Shown here one piece after another: positions 1 through 12,800 of a stretch of DNA of 64,000 nucleotides (position 1 is the first letter of the stretch; each line of letters opens with the position of its first letter). Made by a program: the position numbers and the translations under genes. This DNA is from Takakia lepidozioides (taxonomy: Eukaryota > Plantae > Bryophyta). The stretch covers positions 3,782,001 through 3,846,000 of the forward strand of contig CM060731.1 of the NCBI GenBank assembly GCA_030704615.1. The letters run 5' to 3'. The notes below the pieces were generated by a model. The model searched no databases. It had not been told where the DNA came from and worked only from the letters and a program-made list of their open reading frames with translations.

Positions 1-77
1 CGAAAATACTGACCGAAATCGGTGATATGCCTCCTGGGTTCTTCAATGACATGAAAACTAGATACTGGATCGCTGAG

Positions 78-335
78 TTAACTAAGAGACCCAAAAGATG
101 TTGCACCTCCTACCTCTCTCGGTTTCTTTACAGACCGTGGAGGCAGTCCGTGCTTCGGGTTCATCGTCCAGGTGGATGCCCGCTTCAGCTCCACAAAATG
201 GCCTGTCAAGCTACTGCATGATGTAAACCCGCAAGCCCGTTCCCAATAAATTGACGCCTGCCTGTCTTCTTGCGCGCAGAAGAACCCCGAGCTCCCTGCC
301 ATCGCTGTTGCTTGCGAGCGCATCCTTTCCTGCAT
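78..335 (-). other. Possible 5' exon or uORF of a divergently transcribed gene running off the window start
   Basis: The 85-aa ORF contains ERACG..C..LTGHFVELKRASTWTM, which is homologous to ERARG..C..LTGKSVELKFTSTWTM at about 32480-32560 (-), with synonymous third-position differences. Confidence 0.35.
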
Positions 336-846
336 TTATATATCTATGTATAAACTGTACACGATGACTGTAGTGACTTTCTACCGCAGGATGAATGTCT
401 TGTACCAAAGTCTTCTGAAGTTGACCTGAAGATCTGGGCCGTGGAAAAGCATTTCCAGGATTTTATATTCAGAATTCCAGAAGACCCATCTCTCTTCTTC
501 CCTCCATCGATTTCTCGACAGAGAATGGTAGTGGGGAACGATCCATCCCTTGCATGCATGGCCTCTTCCTGAGGTTTTGTGTCGGTACCTGATGGTAGTT
601 TTCACGTTATTTTTTTCCCGCCTCAGGTTGTGACTGTCTGTGTTGGGGGTGCTGTGGTTTAGTTGCCGTGTCCTTTTTTTAGTTCACGACTGTTATAAAG
701 TTTCTCAGATTCTTTAAAGAGGCACAGCTGCGGGGTGCGCAAGCGACGAGGGTTTTGTTTCTGTGGGTTTCTCTACCTTGACTTGAGATTGTTGTGGAAT
801 AGGAGAGAGAGGCAAAGCTGCATGGTACAGCACCTGTGTAGGCAGA

Positions 847-3800
847 ATGCCTCTGTTTATGTCAGATACGGAGCTCGAGCAGGAAAGAGGCAATCTCAGT
901 GTGGTAGTTGGACGCGCCGATGTGTACATACGGGACCTTCAAACGCAGCTGGAGACACACAAGGCCCGGGCGGACGCGGCTGCCATCAATGCGGAACAAA
1001 CATGTGCTTTGATCGAACAGAAATTTCTGGCTCTCTCTGCCCAGTTTTCTCAGCTTGAAAGTGAGAAGGAGCAAGGCTTGGCCACGTTGGACCGCCGGTC
1101 CACTGAGCTCGCTCAAGCTCAGGCACAAACACACAAGTTGGAGATCGAATCTGTATGTGTTTTCTGCCCTCCAATTCGTCCAGCTTGCAGTAATTAGGGG
1201 AATTTCGATGCAGGGAGGTTTGCATTGTTCTTTACGTACTTTTCTCACTCCCCCCTTGTAATCAATCAGTGAAGTAGCTAAAACAGTGCCTATTAGTCTG
1301 TCCATGTCAAGACTTATTAAGCAACCACTACGAGGGTGAATGACGAACCTGCCAGTAGATGGATTTCCTCTCCAGCATGAGACGTGGAGAACAAGGAGAA
1401 TTTTGAGTCCACTTCAATCATCGTCACACTTATGAACAACGCTCCTCTCCAACTCTCCGTCAGCTTTTTGTCTAGTATACCCATGGGGCTCTTCACACAC
1501 CATTCAAATTACAACTCTGGGGGGGTTTTAGTGGCGCCAGTCAACTGAAGCCTTGAAGAATGCATAGCGTGCTTGGGATGTGTGTGCAAATGAGACCAAT
1601 ATTAGGGTTTTACTTTCATGTTAGGGTTTTTCATTCTTTTCAATGCCTCAATAGCACTAGATTCATACTAGGTGTAAGCAGTGCTGCAGCTAGATGCCAT
1701 ACCTCTTGCAGTGGCCATTCCATTGTAGCCAGGGAATAGTCTGCTGCACAAATTCTACATGGGAACTGCGGTCAGTGGATGAGCTGTTACATGTCAGGTG
1801 TGAAAAACCTGAGAACTGTAGGCGCATGCTGTCTAAGGCAGGATATTGGAAAGACATCAGCAGGCTTACAGCAAGCAAGTGCCCCCTGCACAGAGTTTGT
1901 TTATTTAATACTTTTTAAATTTCATGTGATAGGATAATGAGTTGCGTAAAAGAGAAGCCCACATGTGTTCCATTTTAGCCTAAGAGAAGAAGAGATGAAA
2001 TGCTTCCGCTTACCTGTAATGAAGGCTAATTGCAGTGCATGAAATGTGTTGGATTGATGTGGTAAACATGCTATTCAGGGTAGAAAGCCAGGAGCCGGAA
2101 TCAACAGCCCTTGTATTCCCACAATAAATTCTCAAAGTACTGCCTGTGAGAATGGTGCAGATAAAACATCAGAGTGACACCGAGCGACTGTCCTTTGAGC
2201 TAGGAGAGCTGCGTAAGGCAAAGCAAGAATTGTTGCAAGTGGTGGAACAGAAGAATGCAGAGCTGGACGAGAAAAATGCATCAATTAAGTCTTATCTAAA
2301 CAAAGTGGTGAAATCTCTTACCCTCCAACGTGGACAATTTGGTGCTTCAAGGGCCACTCTAGGAAAGGAGACTTACTCAGCTCAGACTTGCCTTTGTAAG
2401 CGAATATGGGAGGTGTCAATTCAAGCCTTTGTTTGCCTAGCCTTGTGACTGTGCCCTTGGGGAGGGAGGGAGGAAGAGAATGTACTCATAAGACGTTGTT
2501 TGCCGTAGCCTTGTGGCCATTGACCCCGCGCCCAGTTTGAGCGGAGCGAGGGCGGGAGAGAATGTACTCATAAGACATTGTTTACCGTAGTCTTGTGGCC
2601 ATTGACCCCGTGCCCAGTTTGAGCGGAACACAAAGGGACAGAACCTACCTTTGTCAGGGGCTGACGCTGGTAGTAAGACTTACCTTGGAATAAACAATTG
2701 ATCCGGGTTTTCCAGATATCCTCTAGAAATCCCTTTACACAAGCATCAACCTGCTGTGTGTGGTTTGCCCAATAACTAGGCCCCAAAAGGGCCTGGGCTT
2801 TTGGCTCGGCCTCGAGACTTTCAAAGTTGGTAAACAGAGGTACAGGCACAATTCCTTTGATAGATTTGAAGAGAGTGTCTCTCTGGTGACAGAACCCTGG
2901 ACAATGAATCAGAAAATGAATATTGTCTTCAGGTTGCCCTCACAACGGGCAAGTGCACTCTCCCTTTCCTCTCTGCTTCTGTATGCTGTTGAAAGGAAGG
3001 CTTCCCGCCCCGAGTTTAAATTTCAGTCTAGTGCCGAGAGTGCGTAGACCCTTGAGGTCATCCATGATGATCACAGACTGGAAACAAGTTCAGGGAAGTT
3101 TTCTGCCTAACGTCATTTTCATCAGACAATTTCCTGGCAACAGACATGGCTTTTGACACCACAGCCTCTAAGTCAGATTTATCCAGCAGGGTCAAGACTT
3201 GCGGGCTAAGATTCAGATCCTTGAGAATCTCTTCTACTCTCTTCTGCCAGAACTGAGCCTGTTTGACAGGGCGATCCTGCTTCCAAGATATAGAGTCAAT
3301 TAACTTAGGATATCTGATGTTGGACATATGTTGCAGCTGACCCCACCATCTGACTTGAATTCATCTCGTTGAGAGCTTAAGGAAGGGATGCCAAACTCAC
3401 CCCGAACAGCCACATTGGCTGTTTTGGAGCATGCTGACATGCACTCCTTAAGCACACCCACACCCACTTGAATGGATTCTAGAGACTTAGCCTGGTTGGA
3501 GTTATCAACCCATATTGCAGATGCGTAGGAGGGAGGGAGAGAGAGAGAGAGAATGTACTCATAAGACTTTGTTTGCCATAGCCTTGTGGCCATAGACCCC
3601 GTGCTGGGTTTGGACGGAACATACCATTGTGAGGGGCTCACTCCAGTAGTGTGACTTACCTTGGAATAAATAAGTAGTTTGTGCTTTCCAGATATCCTCT
3701 AGAAAGCCCTTCACACAAGCATCAACCTGTGAGCTGCCCAGCAATTAGATCTCAACAGGGTCAGGGCTTAAGGCTCAGCCTCAAGATTTTCGAAGTTGGT

Positions 3801-6800
3801 GAACAGAGGTGCAGGAACAATGTCCTGGTGTTCCTGAAGAGGGTCACTCTATGGTGAGACTATCCCGGACAATGTGTCAGAAAATGGATATTGAATTCAG
3901 GCTGCCTGCACATCGGACAATCCTTTTCCTCTCTGCATCTGTTTATTGTTCGAAGGCAGGCTTCCTGCCCTGAGTTTAAATTTCAGTTGAGTGCCAAGGG
4001 TAGGTAGGCCCACAGATGATTAAGGTCCTCGCCCATGTAGACTGGAAACAAGTTGAGGAAAGTTTATGCGTAACTTCATTTTCATTGGCCAGTCTTCGGG
4101 CATCCAACATGGTCACTCCAGGTCAGCTTCATCTAGCAGGGTCACTTCTTCTGGGCTAGCATTCAGATACTTGAGAATCTCTTCTACCCTAAGAAAGAGA
4201 GAAACAAGTGTGTAAGATGCCTGTAGGGTTAGCATTGATTGGTGCCTGAGATTGTTCATGTAAATGAGAGTGAGAGCAGTAGGTTGAAAGGAAAATATAA
4301 TATAAGATGTGGTGTATGTTGGTGCAGGTCAATTTGACAGATGACCGCAGCAGCCTGGAAGCCAAGGCGCATGAGCTTGAGGCTGAAGTGGTGCGGTCAC
4401 GTGCCACTCAAGGTCGACTCTCTCAGGTATGAGCTGGGCTTTACTCTTGGGAGGGTTATGTATAGCTGTTCTCAGGACTGCAGATAACTGGTGCATTGGA
4501 TTAGTTCAATTTGGGCGACCTTTGGAACTTGCATATTGCACTTAGACTAATGTACTTTGTGTGGCATCGGTTGGGCTCTGGTTGCCATAGAATATTGCTG
4601 TCAGTGACGAATATTAGATCTCCGCACTGCTGTGTTTAGATAAAATTAGCCACAAATGGAAGCAGGTAATCTCATTACTGAATTGATGACAATCCACTGC
4701 TATGTCTCGAACCACTTTGACACATTGTGAGAGCCTAGGGTTTAGGGTTTATTGGTGTTCACTGGTTTGTGCTCCCGACAAAAGAAAGTTCTTCAAATTG
4801 TGGAACTAACATTGTAATTTCTCGATTCCTGGATGGTACATGGGGAAGCAGGAAAAGTGGCTGTTGGAGCAGCACAATTCCTGGTTGAATGAGGAACTCA
4901 CAGCCAAAGTAAGTGCACTGTTGGAGGAGCGTCACACCAGCTCTGAAACAGAGGCAAATCTACGTACCAAGCTTGCGGAGGTACAAAACCACAACTGATC
5001 AGATCTAATAATGTTTTTTTCCAATTCTGTCTGATTCAAATACCAAATGAGTGGATTTTCATGCATCTCAGAAGGTGTCTGGGGTAGTACGGTTGCCTCA
5101 GTATGCTATCAGAGGTATACTTAACACGTGTGTAGTGAAGCCAGCCTTACAGCAGAGTCTCGCAAGGTTGAGGGTTTTTGGCAGAGACTGATGTTAGGCA
5201 GGGCTGATGTAGGAAGTGTTCTGCTGTTGTGCAGAGAGTTGAGACTGAGAGGATCAAGCATTTGTAGGGGAAAATATTAGACCACTGCCTGTTTTGGTCC
5301 TTGGATCCTCAGGAGATGCATACTATTCCAACTGTGGAATGAGAACTCAATTTAGCTGCTCTAGACAAGACCCTAAAGGTTTCAAAATGAGCTTAGATTG
5401 TCTGCATCATGAGGTTGTATCTTTTTATTACGTGGGCCATCAAGTACACCATATGGGCTATTTTTTGGAGTGCTTATTTGCGTTCGCTTGTTTCTGCCAC
5501 TCTCTGTTGTCATGACTCCGGAGTAGATGTCTTTGTGAAGATGGTCTAGTTCTGTTCCTAACTTTCACTCTTTAATACTGTTTTTGGTAGGCTGAGAGGG
5601 TTGCAAAGGATGCTGGAGAGAATGCGCTGCGGGCTAAAGACCGTGTCAATGATCTGGAAGCTAAACTTCGTCAAACGCAAGAGGTGAGTGGTTGACAATC
5701 CATCAACACAAGACTATTTGTGCAGTGTGGTATCTACCTCGATGGCTTTCTCTTATTAATGTTCGGTAGAGTACTGTATATAAATGAGAGAAGGATATAA
5801 TTTCGCTTAGACTTAAAGGTTGCAGCTTGTTCACGTACGGTGCCCTCATATTGTCTACAGGAGCTTCAATTCACAAAAGAAGATGCTGCAGTTAAGGAGG
5901 ATCAGCTGTCAACTGAAGTTGAAACGGTACAAAGCGGCTTGACAGATCAGTTCTTCTACTGACTACAACCGTGCATAGATTTTGCTTTTCTTCCCCATGG
6001 TTACCAACATGACAAGTGTGTAGATTGGTTTTGTAATGCATGTGGGAAATTTGGACATACCGTCGGTTACTTTGACTTCTCTGTTCTCTTGGTTGAAGAG
6101 CATTTATAAAGCTATGTCTAGTTGCTGGACCGTCTTAAGTCTTAACTATGTTAAGTCCCAAGTCTTCATGGACATGCCAGTATCAAGCATGCATGTGAGA
6201 TCCTGGGTTATTGACTAGATATAACTGATTAGTGTTACTGGGCAGGCGACCAAGCTAGTGCAGTTGTACAAGGAGAGCTCGGATGAGTGGTCCAAGAAGT
6301 CCCATGACCTTCAGGGTGTGATTAAAGCACTTGAGGTAAGCTGAAGGGGTTAGTATTTGTGGAGGTTGTGTGATCATGGGCTGCAGTTGGTGTGAGTGTG
6401 TTTGTGCAGTGGGGTTGCAGGTGCTGTTAAGCAGTTCTTACCGGGTGTTTGGTGGTTGTTCTGTTAGGTGCCATAACTTCATAGCAAAGACAATGTACTC
6501 ATAGGACTTTGTTTGCCATAGCCTTGTGGCCATAGACCATGCGCCCAGTTTGGGTGTAACATACGGAATAGGCACTACCATTGTGAGGGGCTCACTCCAG
6601 TAGTGTGACTTACCTTGATATATACAATTAGCTCAGGCTTTCCAGATATCCTCTAGAAAGCCCTTCAGAAGAGCATCAATCTGCTGAGTGTGAACTGCCC
6701 AAAAGTTACACCCCATAGCAAAGAGAGGGATGAAAGATGGGTAGGTAACAGGAATTTGGGGGTCCCTCTGACATGGATACTATGCTGTGGTGTCTCTCAA

Positions 6801-9800
6801 TTCTGTGAAGCTGCTACTAAGTGGCGATGAATGATTTGGACAGGCACACTTAAATCAGGTAGAAGGAGACTACAAAGAGAAGTTGGAAAAAGAGGTCAAG
6901 GCTCGTGAGGAGCTAGCTAGAGTAAGAATCTTTTACCTGACCTTCTGATAATATGAAGGGAGAGAGTATTTCAACCTTTAGTGTATTTAGGAATGGCAGG
7001 TATTTCATTTAGGTTCTATGTGCTTCTTGTTGTTGAATGTTGATGCCATTTGTCACTTTATGTCCTTCAACTGCTGATGTCTGCCTAACTCTTTATGAGT
7101 TGACCTCATTCTTCTCGAGTGAGCACCATGGTCAGGCCCGGGCATTCTTCCAATGAAAGTGCTTGGAGAGTAGTGCGTCTATTGTTCCTGCCCTCCAGGC
7201 TCCATCTCTGCAGGAAGAGGGGAAGTAGTTTTTCTTTACCTGCAGACACAAATCCTGTATAGTTGGAGGATAGAATCAATGATGTTGATGGTTGGACGGG
7301 ATGTTACAGGAAGCTGCTGAGGTCAAAGAGAAGTTAGAGAGGACCCTTGTGGAGGGGGATACTGAAGTTTTGAAGTCTAGCAAGGATGGAGAGTTTCTCA
7401 CACTCACTGACAAGCCTTATGCAGAACCTATGTGCGTACTTCTGCTTTGTATTCAAACTAGGTGTCCAAAGGCTAACTATGTTTCAATCCGCATGTGGCT
7501 CTGGGAAAAGCTTGAGGCTGTGAGTTCCTCTACAAACAAAGTAGGCATGTCTCATCACCTGCTGTCTAAGAGTTGGCCTTTCCAGTAGACTTTCTCTGCG
7601 GCCACAAGGCTACGGGAAACAACGTCTTATGAGTACATTCTGTGGCCAGAAAGACAATCCAATTGCAGATAGTATGCAAATGACTGCTAACAGACATGAG
7701 TGCAACATGTTGACAGACTCTCTATGATTGCGCAGCAAAAAGAGTCTCTGGCAAATAGCTAGATCAGAGAACTAGCTAACTGTTTATCAAGAGGCAGAAT
7801 ACTTCTGGTCCATTCATTAACTGGGGTCAACTAAACCCTCGTGTCCTTGATATTTCACAGCAAGTTTTCCCTAATACTAGGAGTGATTCTACCTCTAGCG
7901 CGTCTGCATAAGGGTCAACCAGCATCAAGGTGTAGTTGCTCTGGCTACAAAAAGTGGATAACACAGCTGCAGAAAAAGTGCTAAGATGGGCCATGTTGTT
8001 AGCAGAATCAGGCAGCTAGCACTGGAGGCTCCAGGAGCCATAGTACCTGCAGTAGCTTCAGAATTGTCAGGCACAGCCCTTGCTGTAGCTCTCCTACGTG
8101 ATGGCTGGAGCGTGAGTGACTTGCCCCCTGATCTATTCACATGTTTCTTGTCTCCTTGATTATATCTGAACTGGCCATTGGACAAAATGTCATGTAAGAC
8201 CATGCCTTTCAATAAGCTTATACTGTCTTAGTTCTCTGTGACATCACAGGGAGGAGGGATTGTGAGATTTGAAGTTTGAGGTCTACTTTCATTTGGCCTC
8301 TACGTTTGTTGACTGTGGGTATGTGAAGAAGTGATTGGCTGAGGTTTCTCGCTCTGCACAGTTGGCAAAGATGTACAGCAAATACCAGGAAGCTGAGGAT
8401 GCATGTCGGCATGAGAGGCAGGAACGACGGCACTCTCAAGCCCTTTTGGAGCGGGTAAGTCTGTTCTTGTCATAGGCAGGGTTTTTTTAGCATAGCATGC
8501 TGCATGTGTGTGCAGTAGGACTTGTATGCTCTAGTGTGTATGGAGTAGAAAGAGTGCATACTGGCCCGTCTTGGCGTACTTCCGTGTTTCCTCAAAAAAA
8601 CGTTTCAGGTCCATTTGGTTCTTTGTGGAGAAATATCATAATATATGAAGTGAAAGTTGAAGAGGAAGTGCTAGGAGGATGCCCATCATCAACCCGAAAA
8701 CACTGTCTCTTGCAAGTGGTCTTGAAGGTGCTACTACAGTATATGAACAAGTATGAAAATCCATGGACACATGGGCACAGCATTCTGATGATCAGCTAGC
8801 TATCCTATTAAGTCAAGACTGCATTTGTGTTCTTTCCTGGACAGGTTCTACATGAAATAGAGGTGAGGGCAGCAGCTATCATGGATGAAAGAGGTAAGAA
8901 CTGCTTGATCCCATGTCCTGGAGATTTCATTTTGTGGACTTTGAGAGTGTTATTTGCTGAGCACGGCCAGTTAACTGCAGTAAGCATCTGGTCTTTCGCA
9001 GTTCTGTAGGACATCAAGTGGTTGGTGCTCTGTAGGAGTGCTGAGTAAAAGATCCCCAAAACTGCGAGAACACGTTTTGGATGTTTGAAGTTGTGAGCTT
9101 GCCATGCAAAAGTTGAGTTCAGAGTTTTGGCCCAGTCCAATTATTGTATGTTAAGATGAGATTAGAGCAAGAGTTTTCTGCTTGTGGCTGTCCTATATAG
9201 ACCAAGTCTCTTCTGTGGACTTCTTCGACTTTCTTTCAATCCATCCATCCATTATCATGAAAACCTTCAAGAAGCACTTTTGTCAGCTTTGCTAGATATC
9301 TTGATGCCACCATCGGTGAAATACAAATTTGAACTGATGTTAAGGTCTCTTGGATTGTGGGCAGATGAGCATATAAACATGGTGAAGGCCTACAGAAATA
9401 TGGAGGAGAAGCTTCATCACTTCATGGAGGATCAAAGTAATCTTGAGAAGGCCTACAAAGATCTAAAGGTGGGATTCCTCTGTAAGAAGATTTTGGAAAC
9501 CTTAGAGCTTAGGCAGCACCATTAGACTCCGTTGCACTCGACAGGTTGTTAACATAGTTTGTCTGGGATGCTCAATGAGTTCCTTATGATTTACCTTGAG
9601 TACTACAGCAGAAAGAAACTGGTGGCTAAGTGCAGGCTGAGTTGCGGAAAAAGGAGAGAGATCTAAAAGGGGGGCAAAAAGAGATTGCCGACTTGCAAAC
9701 TCAGGTACCATGCGTCCTCACTGATCTGTTTTCTGCTCCAAGTCGATTTCCTTGCTTTGGTAACAGCATCCAGGTGTTTCAACAGCTCCCCTGAGACTTC

Positions 9801-12800
9801 ATGTGAATGTGATTGTCAGTGGATGGAAAATTGAGTGGAACTCAGATGTTTGGATGATCTTAGTCTGACTGTGTTCATTGGTAGGTTGCTGTGCTGCTCA
9901 AGGAGTGCTCAGATGTTCAGCAGCGGTTTGGAGTGGGAGATCAGAATGGAGAGACTAGTGCTGAGTTTGTGACTGCCATCACTGAAACTACTGCGGCAGA
10001 TGTAATCATATCAGATAGGCTTGTAAGAAGCCTTTACCTGAGACTTGTGCATTTGTTGGAGATGGTGCTATTTTGATTAGCATGTAATGGTGCATATGTT
10101 GCTAAGCTGATGATCAAAAGTGTCAAAGGGTTGATTAGACTGCCAGGAGCACAAAGAATGATGTGTTTGTATGGGAGCAGCTTACATTCAGGGATATTCG
10201 AGGAATGGTGGAGCACAATAGTCAATTGCGTGCATTGGTTCGGTCCCTTGCCCAGCAGAATGAGCAGAAAGAGCTTGAACTGAAGGTTGGCAGCTGTTTT
10301 GTTCTTTGTTTGTGGATTGATTGGTATTTAGTAAGATGTGCACCGGCAGGTAGCTTACCTTGTGTGTGTAGTTTTGTCATGGTATCTTAAATCTGCATCT
10401 CGCCTTTGTGACACCTATTGCTGAACATGTATATAACACTACCGATACTGATCACTCTATGGTCCCAAATTTACAGGAAGGCTTTGAAGCAGAGCTGAAA
10501 AAGCGCCTTGATGAGATAGGCCGCAAAGTTGTAGATACTGTGAAGCGGAGTGAAGAGCAGTCGGATATTATCGACAGGCTTCAAGGAACTGTAAGTTCCT
10601 TTTTTGCATCTTAGCTAAGGGGCATGTATGAATCTGAGAGTAAGGCACAAATAGTGAGGACAGTGCAAGAAGCTGGAGCTGGGTTGTAAAGCGGTACAAA
10701 TGCTTTTCTTTGGCTGTGGTCTTGTCTATTCTTTCTTGGTTTTTCCGTTTTGTCCCATAAGCTCTTTGAGCTTTCTGCGGATGTTACAAAGTACCATTTC
10801 ATTTCATATGGCCTACTGTGAGTCTTATATATCTGCGTGGAATAATGAGGCAAGTTGCAAGATGGAGCCGTTCTAATATTGCTCAACAACCAATTCAAAT
10901 ACACAGACTGACAGAAGGGTTCTATAGCAATTGGAAGTTTAGGGTCAGGTAGCATGCATAAGAGTTCTTTTGAAGCAAACTATTGAAGTCAGCAAGTACC
11001 ACTTTCTATTGTTGATGAAGAGTCTCTTGTAGATCAAGTGAGGCAAACAACTTACAAAATGATGTTTATGGTTAACATGACCCATTTGTGGGACTATTAG
11101 GTGGGCATGTATAGAAGATTGTATGAAGAAGAGGTGAAAGCACGTCGTGTCTTTGAACTCACTCCTGGAGTTCCAACTTTGGCTACTGGTACCGGTCACT
11201 CTACAGACCTGTTGAGCGCTATTATGTCGAGTTTCTATATGTGTTGGGCCTTCCCTGCCGCTCTGGACATACTGTTGTCGGTACTGTATGATCTCAATGT
11301 TAGTCTTGTGCATTATGACGTTTCTAGGTGAGTGTAGAACTGGATTCGTACAGGATTTTGAGCAAAGTTTGCTTTCCATCAAGGTTTCACAAGCTTAGTG
11401 GAACATGGAGATATCTTAAGCTACCAAAGCTAGCAAAGTCTTCATCTATCCCAGAGTAACATACATTGCCTGGTAGTGCAGAGAGCAGTGGCCATGATCT
11501 AAGGACACTCCTTGAGAGCTCCCAGGTACGACTACTGATGTGCCAAGAATATTGCTTGAAAACTTCTGTGTTTTATGTGTTAGTTTGTTGCTGCTACTAT
11601 TTGAATGTATGTCCGTTTCAAATTTTCTGATCCTGTACTCTCAAATGCAGGAAGAGGTTGGTAGAGTGCGTGCAGAAGCAACAGCTCGCATCAAGTCTTT
11701 GGAAGAGGATCTGGAGAAGGCCAGGTTTGCCCTTCACATTGATTTTTTTTGTCTCTCATTGTAACTGCAAAATAGGATAAGATATGCAATGTATGGACAG
11801 ATCTGTGCTTTTGTTGTATGTGCCATCCAGGTCCTACATTACATTGTGTCATCCTTTTGCAGTCTCTGTGTTGAAGCATATTTCAGTTTTCCTTAAGATA
11901 AAATAAGCCAAATAGATGTCGTTGAAGATCAAGGCCTAATGGGTGTGGCACCTCTCCAAGTGCTGGGTTGATAGTTGATACACTGCAAGGATGTTTCTTT
12001 TTCTTTGGACAAGCAGGCAGGAGATCACAAATGCTCGAGTTGAGCGTGCTCGAGCTGATGGGGAGGCATCATATGCCAGAGAGCAAATGGCATCTCTGAT
12101 GAGAGATACCGAAAATCAGGTGTGTGTTGAGGTTCAATTCTTGTTTTCTTCCCTCATCAATTGGATTTGGCATCTCAATCAAAATTAGGCTTTCTTCCAG
12201 CCATTATTACTGTGTCTTTGAGATACGGCAATTCGTGCAGCTGAAGGTTTATTTGCAAGCCACTTTTCCTTTAGTAATCTAAATAGGTCTTTTGTAATTA
12301 AAGTGTTTAGGTTCTTGTCTTCTGGTGGTGGTCAAGCAGGAAGACCTGTCTCTTCTGGGTTTGGCCATCAGTAGAGAGATGAATGAATAAGAAGAGACAA
12401 CAGAATCTTTCAACGTAGCCGGCCAATTGCTCATCCACCATGCTGCTGCTTGTAGTGAGCTGTTGAGTAGACCTCTCTGGTCATGTCCATCACTCATGCA
12501 TAATGTTCTTGGGTGATTACCAGTGTTCAAATGCCATCCTAGATGCTTGGAATGAAGGGCTTTCTTTCGAGTAATGGTCTTTGCTTGTTGCTTGTTGAGT
12601 TTTTTTTCTCTCCAATGTAACCTTCATCATTCTAGATTCTTTTACTGGAGTGATGTGATGCAGCGGAAGGAGATGGAGACAGTGCTGGCAAGAAACATGG
12701 AGTTTTCTCAAACTATTACTGACTACCAGCGGAGGCTCCGTGAGGATTCACAGAATATGCAGGCGTCAGAGGAGGCTTCTCGCCGTCTTTCTATTGAGGT

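Noticed and set aside
3095-3125. Minus-strand CTGATGA...GAAAAC as a hammerhead in the non-LTR fragment
   Set aside because: There is no stem II pairing, and the motif is not conserved in the other copies (ccgatga at ~47980).
4735-4750. TAGGGTTTAGGGTTT telomeric repeat in an intron
   Set aside because: There are only two units, and this is a common telobox-like motif.
12096-12116. CTGATGA...CGAAA hammerhead-like core
   Set aside because: It lies in a NUA coding exon (LMRDTENQ) and has no supporting stems, so it is a chance match.
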